A stretch of 64,000 bases of DNA from Candidatus Bathyarchaeota archaeon (lineage in GTDB: Archaea; Thermoproteota; Bathyarchaeia; Bathyarchaeales; Bathyarchaeaceae), in the NCBI GenBank assembly GCA_963697165.1, contig CAVOMX010000011.1, positions 1 through 64,000 of the forward strand, written 5' to 3'. Shown here piece after piece: positions 51,840-62,676 of the stretch. The translations under genes and the position numbers were made by a program. The notes under the pieces are model-generated. The model had not been told where the DNA came from and did no database searches. It saw nothing but the letters and a program-made list of their open reading frames with translations. Each line of letters opens with the position of its first letter. Position 1 is the first letter of the stretch.

Positions 51840-53226
51840 TTAAAACTTGGATTTAATGGCTTGAACAAGGTAAGATAAGGCTATTCGGGATACTGTAAAA
51901 CCGTACCTGCCTCTCTTAATGAACATACGAAGAATAAAGGTGGGACGAAGATAGAAACTTCGAAAAGCCTTTGCGTAAAGTTCCTCTAACTCTTTCGTGC
52001 TTAACATCGGAGTTTCAAAGACTGGAGTCTTGCAGTCATATTTGTCAAAGTCAGTTATTTTTAGCCAACCATTTTCTTTGACACGATCGTACAGGGGCGT
52101 TCCGGGGAGAGGCGTAGCTATGTTATAATAGGCCATATCATCAGGACTAATTTTCTGAGTAAACTTTATGGTTTTCAAAGCACTTTCCTTAGTCTCACCG
52201 GGGAAACCGAGAAGCACGTTCGGAGCAGGTGTTAGTCCAAGCTCTCTTACCCAACCAACTGCTCTAATCGTTTGCTCGGTGGAGATTCCCTTCTGCATTT
52301 CATCTAAAACATGCTGTGAACCTGACTCGACTCCAAACCACACTGAGACGCAACCGGCATCCCTCATTGTAATGAGCAACTCTTTTGTAACCATGTCCAC
52401 ACGGGTTCCACAGTTCCAGTTTATCTTCAAGCCCCTTTTCTTGATTTCATCACATAACTCTTCAGTTCTAGCTTTATCGACAGTGAATGCATCATCGCAG
52501 AACGTAAACTGGGTCGCACAATAAGTCTTGTGTAGATATTCAATCTCATCCACGACATTCTTGATGCTTCTCATCCGATATCTTCGACCAAACATTCTGA
52601 CCGCAGCACAGAATTCGCACCAGTAGATGCAGCCTCGGGTAGTCGTTAAATAAAACACATCCTCGACTTTCCGAAGTTCCTCAAGAGGCCAGAGATGACG
52701 GGCAGGAAACGGTAAGCTGTCAAGGTCTTCTATGTAAGGGACGATCTGGGTTTTTCACAATTTTTCCGTCTTTTCTAACGGTTGTACCTAACAGATCATG
52801 AATGCTTTTTCCCGCTTCTAATCGTTGTACTAGCTCCAGAAATGTGGTTTCGCCCTCTTTCCTTACAATCATGTCCAGTTGTGGACATTCATTTAGAGCC
52901 TCCTCATCCCAGAAGGTGGCATGTGAGCCCCCAAGAACTGTTAAACAGTCAGGGCAGACTTCTTTAGTGATTCTTGCTATCTGTAAAGCGGAGTTATACA
53001 AGCGTGTGGTCGAGGTTATTCCGACGATGTTGGGTTGTCGCTTGCTGAGTTCGCGTTTAAAATCGTCATATGAAAGGTTGGATGCTTGGCAATCAATAAC
53101 ATCAACGTCATATTGATTCTTTTCTAAAACAGCAGCCAAATACCCTAAACCTAACGGTGGAAATGGAGTATGCTGGTAGGGTTGAGTTGGGTATGGCGGA
53201 TTCACAAGAGTTACATGTGGTCGCAT
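51840..53226 (-). CDS. Cobalamin-binding radical SAM protein #3; +1 frameshift at ~52737
   Basis: LVNPPY, PLGLGYLAA, TRGCIYWCEFC, ATPLPGT. Confidence 0.9.
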
Positions 53227-53441
53227 ATTAGTAGGTCACTACCGTTTTTATCCTCTCGGAAATACATAAAGCTGATTGTTTAAATGTTTTTCACAATTGC
53301 ATTTACACCAAAAAAGGTCATAACAATGAAAGGTGTGTGCTTGAGTATTAACTCTATTTGGAAACGAAAAATGTAGGATTCAGATTTAATTAAAAAAGAA
53401 AAGGGATTGGGGTTGGGTTAATTTGCTTGTGTATTGTATGC

Positions 53442-54074
53442 TTATGTCATCTGTCTTGGGGATATGCCGAACCAGCCGAAGAGTGTGACGAATATCGGTA
53501 TTATAATTCCGTAGATCAGCTTAGGTAATAGAATGGTGAACGCGACATATGGAATATCTGTTGCCATGCTAATAGGTGAGATCACTCCGGCCCACAACTG
53601 AAATGCGCTAGCAATAGCTCCAGCGATAAGTGCAGAAACTACCATTCTTCGGAAACTGTAAGAGCCCCTGTTTAATGCACCAGAAATGTAGCCGACCAGC
53701 ATAGCGCTCACTACGAATCCAAGGTTAGTAATTTCTTGAACCATAAATCCTGCAGACAACTCTATGTAGCCCATAGCGACATATGCAGCGTATACATCGT
53801 TAACATATAGAGCATATATGCTACCTAGCAGGAATCCTGCGCCACCTCCAGCCCACTTATTCCAGATTAATCCAGCAAACAATGGAATTGCCGTAACTAG
53901 AAGTGCTTCACCAAGACCATCAACAAGGATAGCATTAAGACCGAAAGAGGGGTCTACTTCAAGGAGGAGTTCAGCAATTGTAGTTGGAAAGATTATGATT
54001 AAGAATGCCGCGATAACAGGTAGTATTATCCCATAGATTATATCATTTAGTTTCCATTCAGTCCAGCTTGCCAT
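53442..54074 (-). CDS. Multi-pass membrane protein of unknown function
   Basis: About six TM helices, WAGGGAGFLLG; ATG 54074 likely start. Confidence 0.7.
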   Translation of the reverse strand: MASWTEWKLNDIIYGIILPVIAAFLIIIFPTTIAELLLEVDPSFGLNAILVDGLGEALLVTAIPLFAGLIWNKWAGGGAGFLLGSIYALYVNDVYAAYVAMGYIELSAGFMVQEITNLGFVVSAMLVGYISGALNRGSYSFRRMVVSALIAGAIASAFQLWAGVISPISMATDIPYVAFTILLPKLIYGIIIPIFVTLFGWFGISPRQMT

Positions 54075-54368
54075 TTTATGTTCACTTCTTTCTTTTTTCA
54101 CTGTTACTATCATTATACATTTATATTTTGTGCATTAATCAACTTGCAGACACAAGTATACATTTCAATCGCAATAATTGTTTTGGGTACTGAAAAACAA
54201 GTGTAAACCCATATTACAACAGCATAATTGAATGAAATTCTAAAAGAAAAAGGTCAGACAAAACCAAAAACGATGAAACATAAAATTATACTAAAAGGGA
54301 ATAATTATAAAAAAAGAAAATGCAGATATGCACCAAAAAATGTGCACATCTTTAGGGTTTTTATGTAG

Positions 54369-55706
54369 CTACTGCTTGTTAATTTTGTCTCTAGCAGAAA
54401 CGATTATAGTCTTTAGATCGATTCTCGCTGGACAAATAAATGTACAGTGACCACAGTTGTCACAGTATTCGGCACCTAGTTTTTCAACTCTTGCCCAATT
54501 GCCTTTGTCAGCAGCTTCTTTGATCAGTATGACTGGAAGATTTTTGCAACAGGTTGTTAGACATTGTCCACAGCGAATACAATCAGTGACCATGGCGTCT
54601 CCAAGTTTTTTAGCTTTTGGAAGCTTTACTTTGATTCTAGTTTTGCTCGCTTTAGGAACTCCGACGCGGTCAAGTATAGGACATGTTAGGTTCATGATTA
54701 TCAGTGCGAGAATTGATCCACCCAAGAATCCAGTGTACGTCTGAATGATAATTGTCAATATTGCTAAGCCTGCACCAAATATGAGTTGGCCTAAACGGGT
54801 CAGTGGAGTAGTTGCAGGGTCGGTAGCCATGAAGAATGCCATGAAGATTGAACTGCCCATGAATAGGTGGAACACTAGTCTAAGTATTGGATCTCCGCCG
54901 TAAATGAATCCCATAATAACAGCAAACACTGCAGTGGTAACTAGGTAAGTCAGAGTTATTCTCCATTTAATGTATCCGCGGCAAACTGCAAACAAAACGA
55001 GACCTATCGCCATCACAAGGATGCTTGAAAAGCCACCGATCCAGCCGTGAGTATTTTGCAACCAGCATAGTAAAGAGAACATCAGGAAGCGGATTCTCGA
55101 ATGAACCCATAGTATAGGGGGTTCAGAGGACTAGTAGAATAGCAGGTCAGCAGGGTAGAGCCGAAAGTTGTGGTTTCCATTGGGTAGTAGTCGGGGAAAC
55201 CAAAACTACCTGGGTTTAGAGGATTTTGCAATTGTATAGAACTGGTGTGATCTGAAGGCAATAGGGATGTAATAGCGGGCATAAATAGCAAACCGAGAAT
55301 CAGAAGTTTCGCGATTGCAGCTGGATTAACGTATTTTCTGCCAGCCAACCCTGCAAGTTTCTTGAAGACAACCAATCCTACAGCCGAAATTAGAGCAGGA
55401 TACAGGTATTGTTCAAGTCCACCAGCCAAAGTTGGGTTTGATTCCATGGCCATTATAGGCAAACCTAACGAGTAGGACATGGCAACGATTAATCCGAATA
55501 CAGCAGCAGACATCATGTTTTTGGGTCCCTTAGAACCCATTACCATAGAAAGCAGAAAATCGCAGCCCACAGCAACTCCAACACGAAAGTAGGGATATTA
55601 CAAGTGATTCAAGACCAAACACGAAATAGGATAAGAATGCAATAAAGAATAGCGCAATTAACGTGTACTGCATCAACAGATTTTTTGTCATAGGAGCTTT
55701 TACCAT
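54369..55706 (-). CDS. RnfD/NqrB-family membrane protein fused to a C-terminal 2x[4Fe-4S] domain; three +1 frameshifts (~55582, ~55099, ~55051)
   Basis: GRKYVNPAA, FFMATDPATTP, ILALIIMN; CIRCGQC..TC and CDNCGHC..ICP; GAGGT RBS before ATG 55706. Confidence 0.8.
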
Positions 55707-55753
55707 TTTTAGTAACCTCATATTTATGTGAGTTAGCTTTCTAAAATTTTGAA

Positions 55754-55766
55754 TATTTAAGCTTTT
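55754..55766 (-). promoter_or_regulatory. Archaeal BRE/TATA promoter for the RnfD-like gene
   Basis: AAAAGCTTAAATA on the minus strand, ~47 nt upstream of ATG 55706. Confidence 0.5.
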
Positions 55767-56125
55767 AGACACTTTCTATCATGAATTTTTTGATGAAGAA
55801 CACGTGCTTTTTTGACTTCTGACATCAGAAAAACTTCCAAAAACTTTCAAAAAAGAGGTAAAAGACGATAAGAACAGTAAGACGATACAATAAAACAAGA
55901 CAAACGTTAAACAGATTTAGACATGTATACAGATAAAGCGCCCCACTAGACAAAAAAGGTAAAACGGGCGTGGTTTTATTTTAAATCATATTTGGGCTAG
56001 GGAGATTTGGTTTTTTTCCAAACGTTTTTAGGTTTCCATCGAAATAACTGACATTGTTGAGTTTTGCTCAGCCATAAATGTGATAACAGGTTTGAACGTA
56101 CCTGCCAAGGTAGTGAACAGCAAAT

Positions 56126-57583
56126 ATGCGTATTTGTTTGATTAATCCGCCACGCATTCATCCAAAAGGTTGGGGAAAACCAACGGTGTATCAGCCGTGG
56201 GGAATAGCATACGTAGCGGCTGTACTAGAAAAGCAACATAAAGTAAGCATTATAGATGTTCCCACAGAAGGCTGGAGAAATCTTGAACAGATAGATGAAA
56301 CAAAATATCGGGTAGGTTTAACAAACAAAGAGATAAGCTGACAGAATAAAACAGTTGTCACCCGATATTGTTGGAATAAACATCCCATTTTCTGGTTGGT
56401 CAAAATACGCATTTGAGGTTGCTGACACAGTAAAAAGCATTGACAAGGATATCACCACAGTGCTGGATGGGTTACATCCATCTGCAAGATCTGTAGAATG
56501 TCTTTCAGATTCAAACGTAGATTTTGTTGTAAGAGGAGAAGGAGAACAGACAATATCAGAGTTAGTAGGCGCACTAGAACAAGGCAAAACTGAAGATCTT
56601 GAAAAAATAAAAGGAATCGGCTTCATCAAAAACGGGAAGACAATTATTACACCTCCAAGACCAGGAGATTCAAGATTTAGATTCTCTGCCCTTTCCGGCA
56701 AGGCATCTACTTCCGATGGAAACATACTTTGCTGCAGTAAAGGAAAACCCCATAAGAGGAGTAATCCACAAACGGTGGGCAATAATGACCAGCAGCAGAG
56801 GTTGCCCGCACGAGTGCATCTTTTGTTCTAATCATATTGTTATGGGAAGAAAGTGGCGGGCTAGAAGCCCAGAGAAAGTGGTCGAGGAAATCGAACAGTT
56901 AGTTGACACCTACAAAATTGAACAGATTGACTTCTACGATGACAACATGACGCTGAAAAAGAAGCGGGTAATAGAAATTTGTGATTTGATAAAAGAAAGG
57001 GGTTTAGACATCGAATGGTATGTTCCAACAGGTGTTAGAGCGGACACTCTGGATGAAGAGCTTTTGACAAAAATGAAGGCGTCTGGCTGCAGGGGATTAC
57101 GGATTGCTCCCGAGTCTGGCGTTCAACGTGTTGTGAATCAGATCATAAAAAAGAACCTGAACTTGAAAGATGTAGAAAAAGCTGTTGTTTTGATCCAAAA
57201 AAGTGGGAATCAAGTTAGGCGTTTTCTTTATACTGGGGCTTATCGGCGAAACAAAAGAGGATATAAAAGAAACAATAAATTATGCATATAAACTGAGAAA
57301 ACTAGGAGCCGAAAATTTCCACTTCAGCATAGCTACCCCTTTATATGGAACAGAACTCTATGAGCAGGCTATGCGCGGCGGTTTCTTAAGGGACGGCTTT
57401 AGTGATGAAGCTTTAGCTGCGGCTGAACCTCTGATTGAAACTGCAGAGTTTACGGCAGACGAGTTGCGTGAATTATGTTTGCAAGCAAATTTGGTGAATC
57501 AGACTATTACTCAGGATAAACTATTGAAGGCAATTCGTAACCCAAAGAAAGCGATAAAGATGTTATTGAGAAGAAGTGAGTGA
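56126..57583 (+). CDS. Cobalamin-binding radical SAM protein #4; three +1 frameshifts (~56336, ~56664, ~57193)
   Basis: LINPP, PWGIAYVAA, GEGE, SSRGCPHECIFC, ATPLYGT. Confidence 0.88.
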
Positions 57584-57717
57584 AGTAGAGGCTGAAACAC
57601 ATTTTTTGGTCGATAATTTGGATAAAGACTCTAAATGGGCATAACAACAATAAAGATATAGCTAAGAAGTTCTAACTGTTTGACTATTCTGGCTTTTGCC
57701 GCAATTCGGTGTGAAAA

Positions 57718-59115
57718 GTGACGAAGATGGGTAGAAAACTTAAGACATCATTGGTCAACCCACCACCCCTAAAAGGAGTTTATCGGCATCAGCTTTATCT
57801 GCCCATAGGCCTAGCCTATCTGGCAGCAGTCCTTGAAGAAAATGGACATGAAGTATCTGTTATAGATTGTCCAGCGCTAGAAATGACCCATGAAGATTTG
57901 AAAGCAAAGTTATCTTCCATTCAACCTGATTTGATTGGCATCACGTCTATGACGCCAACGATACAGTCGGCTCTTCAATCCGCGCATGTTGCAAAAGAAG
58001 CATGCTCTGAATCACTGGTTGTATTGGGAGGTCCACATGCCACTTTTATGGATGAACAAGTTCTTGTTGAAGAAGAGGCAGTGGACATAGTTGTGAGGAG
58101 CGAGGGCGAACAAACCTTACTAGAGCTAACACAAAACGTATCCAACCCGAAAGGACTCAACAGCATTGATGGAGTAACATTTAGAAAGGATGGACAGATT
58201 GTTCGCACACCTAACAGGCCATTTATGGAAAAACTTGACGAACTACCCCTTCCGGCATACAAATACTTCCCGCTAGAAAAATACAGGCTTTTTGGGAGAA
58301 AGATGCTTCCAATAATAACAAGCAGAGGCTGCCCCTCCCAGTGTTCGTTTTGTACGTCAGCTCAAATGTTTGGGAAAGGCTTCAGGGCGCGGAGTCCAAA
58401 AAACATCGTGGATGAGCTTGAGTGGTTAAGAGACGAGCATGGAGCTGATGCTTTCACATTTTATGACGACACGTTTACGCTTAATAAGAAAAGGGCAATC
58501 AAGATTTGTGAAGAAATCAAGAGTAGAAAGATTGGTCTTCCATGGGATTGTCAAACTAGAGTTAGCACAGTTTCAAGAGAGATTCTGCTCAAAATGCGGG
58601 AAGCAAACTGTCAACAGGTCTTTTTTGGGGTTGAATCAGGGTGTCAAAAGATTCTGGATGCTGTGAAAAAGGGAACTACGGTTGAACAAAACGAGAAAGC
58701 GATTAGATTAGCGAAGGATGTTGGTTTGTTCGTCGCCGTTTCCGTGATGATTGGATATCCTGGAGAGACCAAAGATATGTTACAAGAGACTGTTGATCTT
58801 ATCAGAAAAGCGGAGCCCGACGATGTATACATATGTGTGGCGACGCCGTATCCCGGCACTGAGCTTCGCAGACTTGTTGAAGAGAATGGATGGGAGATGT
58901 CTAACGATTGGGGACGCTACGACACAATAACGCCTGTTTTTGCGAATCCTAACTTGTCGGCAGAGGATATCAGAAAATTACGAACCTCTTTCTATAACAG
59001 TTTTTATTCTCCAAAATATGTGCTCCGTCACCTGTTTAAAAGAAACTTCTATAGTCGAGTGATGGCTCGAACTGCTGTGAATCATCTGCTCTGGAGAATA
59101 AGGAACAGTTTCTAA
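57718..59115 (+). CDS. Cobalamin-binding radical SAM protein #5
   Basis: LVNPP, PIGLAYLAA, GGPH, TSRGCPSQCSFC, ATPYPGT. Confidence 0.93.
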   Translation: MTKMGRKLKTSLVNPPPLKGVYRHQLYLPIGLAYLAAVLEENGHEVSVIDCPALEMTHEDLKAKLSSIQPDLIGITSMTPTIQSALQSAHVAKEACSESLVVLGGPHATFMDEQVLVEEEAVDIVVRSEGEQTLLELTQNVSNPKGLNSIDGVTFRKDGQIVRTPNRPFMEKLDELPLPAYKYFPLEKYRLFGRKMLPIITSRGCPSQCSFCTSAQMFGKGFRARSPKNIVDELEWLRDEHGADAFTFYDDTFTLNKKRAIKICEEIKSRKIGLPWDCQTRVSTVSREILLKMREANCQQVFFGVESGCQKILDAVKKGTTVEQNEKAIRLAKDVGLFVAVSVMIGYPGETKDMLQETVDLIRKAEPDDVYICVATPYPGTELRRLVEENGWEMSNDWGRYDTITPVFANPNLSAEDIRKLRTSFYNSFYSPKYVLRHLFKRNFYSRVMARTAVNHLLWRIRNSF

Positions 59116-59144
59116 TCAAGAAAAAATTGCGAGCTTTAGGCGCC

Positions 59145-59885
59145 CTACTTTTTTGGCAGCATCGATTTATGGAACAGCATAATAATTGTTGGTGTTGCAG
59201 TGTATACAGGCTTTAAACGTTTAACTTCACATAAATCGAATTTTGCACCGAGCATCTGCGTTAAAGTTTCTACGGTGAAATAGTATTTGTGTGCGTCATA
59301 ACGCAAACCCTCTATCCCTTCAGGCGTGGATACTATCAAATGTCCATCAGTTTTGAGAACTCTGTAAGCCTCATCTACGAAACTGTGCGGATTCCATAAG
59401 TGCTCCATTATTTCAGAAGCTAAAACAACATCAAAAATGTTTGAGGCAAAGGATAATCGTTCTGCGTCGCCAGCTACAGCTAATAGACCTTCACAGCTGT
59501 GAGCTTGAACAGCAACTGTTGGCAGGTCTACGGATGCTACGTTGTTGCCCATTTGTGATATGCGTTCGCCGATGATCCCGTCTCCAGAGCCAACATCTAG
59601 TATGTCCAAACCGTTTCCCAGACGACCAACCATGTCAGAAATGAGTTCTATTCTCTCCTGATTAAATGGGCGTGTGCGTGTATCGTGAAGAGCCTCCATC
59701 AGTGCATTGTATGCGCGCTCTGAGTCATATTTCTGCCACTCCACCCACATCCGCTTACTCTTGTTCCTAAACTTGTAGCGGGTTTCTCTTATGATGAGAT
59801 GCTTCAACTGGGAAGGATTTGATAGCAAATAAGCAAACCCGTGAACTTGACTTTTAATCAGCTTTAACATGGACGTCTCCATCAT
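59145..59885 (-). CDS. Class I SAM-dependent methyltransferase
   Basis: ILDVGSGDG, GDAERL, FDVVLASEIMEHL, VSTP. Confidence 0.88.
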   Translation of the reverse strand: MMETSMLKLIKSQVHGFAYLLSNPSQLKHLIIRETRYKFRNKSKRMWVEWQKYDSERAYNALMEALHDTRTRPFNQERIELISDMVGRLGNGLDILDVGSGDGIIGERISQMGNNVASVDLPTVAVQAHSCEGLLAVAGDAERLSFASNIFDVVLASEIMEHLWNPHSFVDEAYRVLKTDGHLIVSTPEGIEGLRYDAHKYYFTVETLTQMLGAKFDLCEVKRLKPVYTATPTIIMLFHKSMLPKK

Positions 59886-59939
59886 TGTTATTCTATCTTA
59901 AGGGATACACAAGATTCAATGCCGGTACAACATATGAAA

Positions 59940-61031
59940 CTAACGCTGCAGACACGCCTGAGCTTCCTTCAGCAAAGATATAATCGGTAAGTTGTATGGA
60001 CATTTTGGTTCGCATTCGCCGCAATCCGAACATTTGGTGACGTCAACTTCAAGTCCGCTATATAGTTTTTTTGCCCAAGTCTTCAACCCGTAAGTATTGT
60101 AGAGAATATGAAACCTGAGAATAGCTGCTATGTCAAGGTTTTGAGAACAAGGCAAACAGAGTCCACAGTCTCGGCAGTGTTTCTCATCAAATTGCACTCT
60201 AAAACAGTCTTTTTCATCCGTTGTTAACCCTACGTAATTTTCTCCCACTTTAACGGCGGTCTCAACTTCTTCAACTGATTTGCATCCTGTGACAACCACG
60301 GATACATCCTGCGCCAAAACAAACCTGAGGGCACTGCTTACCATTGAACGTGTATCCTGTCCCAACAGAGCCTTCAGTCCGGGATCGTCAGAAAGTAAAG
60401 ACAATGAAGGCTCATATAAGCAGGTTATGAGCTTAGAGGTCTTGGCTGACAAAGGCTTCATTATGGCAATACCGATGTCTAACTCTTTTGTTAGAGGAAC
60501 CAACTCATCCAGAGCTTGCCTTGTGACAATGTTAAGGGGCACAAGTACAGTGTCGAACTCGTTTGTTTTGATGGCTTTAATCAACACGCGAGGCTTGTGG
60601 CCTGTAATGCCGATGAAGTCTACCAAGCCTTCAGAACGAGCCTTTTTACACATCTCCAGTGAACCACTTGGACCCATTGCATGTTCAAGAGTTTTTTCGT
60701 CATCTATCCCATGAAGCTGAATCAAATCCAATCTGTCCGTTTTTAGTCGGCGCAAACTACTTTTGAAGTCAGCTAACGATTCGCTTTTCGTTCTTGAGGC
60801 AGTCTTTGTAGCTAAAAAGCACTTATCCCTTACATCATGTAATGCTGCTCCAATCTTTTCTTCGCTGTCCCCATCCAGTTTTGCAGTGTCGAAATAGTTT
60901 ATTCTCAAATCATAAGCTCTTTGGATGACCTTGACTGCTTCATCCATACTTAGCTGCGAAATCCATGTGCCGCCAAAACCGACAATGGACACCTGAAGAC
61001 CTGTTCTGCCAAGAGTTCTTTTCTGCAACAA
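59940..61031 (-). CDS. Aldo/keto reductase with a C-terminal 4Fe-4S dicluster
   Basis: LGRTGLxVS, NYFDTA, LATK, QLH; CRDCGLCLPC and CSDCGECEPKCP. Confidence 0.9.
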   Translation of the reverse strand: MLQKRTLGRTGLQVSIVGFGGTWISQLSMDEAVKVIQRAYDLRINYFDTAKLDGDSEEKIGAALHDVRDKCFLATKTASRTKSESLADFKSSLRRLKTDRLDLIQLHGIDDEKTLEHAMGPSGSLEMCKKARSEGLVDFIGITGHKPRVLIKAIKTNEFDTVLVPLNIVTRQALDELVPLTKELDIGIAIMKPLSAKTSKLITCLYEPSLSLLSDDPGLKALLGQDTRSMVSSALRFVLAQDVSVVVTGCKSVEEVETAVKVGENYVGLTTDEKDCFRVQFDEKHCRDCGLCLPCSQNLDIAAILRFHILYNTYGLKTWAKKLYSGLEVDVTKCSDCGECEPKCPYNLPIISLLKEAQACLQR

Positions 61032-61092
61032 AGTAATCCTCCAGCATTCTACAACAGAAACAATTTGAAGAAATTGTGCAGATGGCTAGAGA

Positions 61093-62480
61093 TTAGCTGA
61101 AGCTTAGTTTGGCCATCATGGTTCTTTTAAGCCACGCCAAGGCAGTTTTGGTCGTCGAGTAGCCGTATACTCCTCCTTTGCTGAACGCACGAATAATGTA
61201 AGTTGGACGAAGATAGAATTTTCGATGCGCCATATCATGCAGTTCTCTTAGTTCATTCATGCTCATTGTTGGCGTCTCGAAAATAGGTGTAGCAGTGTCA
61301 TATTTGTTGAAGTCTGTTATCTTTATCCAACCCATCTTTTTCACGTAATCGTACATGGGAGTCCCAGGATAGGGCGTAGCAATGTAAACGCCTATCTCGT
61401 CAGATTTTATTCGCTTCAAAAGGTTTATGCTTTCCATGGCGGTTTCGCGGGTTTCACCAGGAAAACCAAGAATCATACTTGCGACAGTCATCAGACCAAC
61501 TTCGTTTGCCCACTTGAAAGCATTAAAAGTCTGTGTGAGCGAGATTCCCTTGCCCATCGCTTTTATAACCTGTTCCGATCCTGCCTCGACGCCAAACCAT
61601 ACGGCAATACAACCCGCATCCTTCATTTTCTGAAGCAAATCCTTCGTTACCATGTCAACACGGGTTTCGCAATCCCACTTAATCTTTAAGCCTCGCTTCA
61701 GGATTTCGTTACATATTTCCTCGGTTCTGGATTGGTCTACAGTGAATGCGTCATCATAGAAGGTGTATTGATCTTCGCCATATTTTTTATAGAGAAACTC
61801 AAGTTCGTCCACAACCTTTTGTGGGCTTCTCATCCGATACTTTCGACCAAACATCCTAACTGCAGAACAGAAGTCACACCAGAATGTACAGCCCCTGCTT
61901 GTCATAACTGGAAAAATAATTTTTCCATACTTTTTGAAGTGTTCAATAGGCCAAAGATGAAAGGCAGGATAAGGTAGACTTTCAAGGTCTTCGATGTGAG
62001 GACGGTCTGGATTCTTTATGATATCGTCGCCTTTTCGGCAAGTTGTGCCCACAACATCATGAAAACTCTTGCCATTTTCCACCTTTTTGACTATCTCAAG
62101 AAGTGTAGTTTCGCCTTCTCCCCTCACGATTATATCCAGCTGCGGGCATTCATTTAGAGCCTCCTCGTCCCAGAAGGTGGCGTGTGAGCCTCCAATAATT
62201 GTTAAGCAGTCGGGTAAAACGTCCTTAGCCACTTTTATTATGTTAAGGGCGGACTTGTAGGTGAGAGTTGTAGAAGTTAATCCAACAATGTCAGGTTTAC
62301 GTTTGCCAAGTTCTTTTTCCACATCGCTTAATGTGAGGTGTAGAGCTTGGCAGTCGATGACGTTGACGTCGTACCCTTTTTCTCTAGGACTGCGGCGAGG
62401 TATCCTAGACCAAGAGGCATGAATGGTGGGTGCTGGTGAGCGCCTGGTGGGTATGGTGGATTTACAAGAGTTACTTGCAT
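61093..62480 (-). CDS. Cobalamin-binding radical SAM protein #6; -1 frameshift at ~62378
   Basis: True N-terminus MQVTLVNPPYPPGAHQHPPFMPLGLGYLAA from ATG 62480 in another frame; TSRGCTFWCDFC. Confidence 0.9.
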
Positions 62481-62676
62481 CCTTCACACTTTCCTAAAAT
62501 ATTTTCGTTTAATAAGACAAAGAGGGCTATTAATAAGGTTAGTGCGGAATATTTTCCAGAAACCCAAGAGGTTATGGATGAAAAAATAGTAAAAAAGATT
62601 GAACAAAAATGATGCATAAGCAAGCCATAAAATGATGAAGGAACATCTTAAATGACAAAGCTTAGAGGTACAACTG

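Noticed and set aside
10270..56341. Selenocysteine or pyrrolysine readthrough at premature TGA/TAG codons
   Set aside because: Homology always resumes in a different frame, not in-frame after the stop
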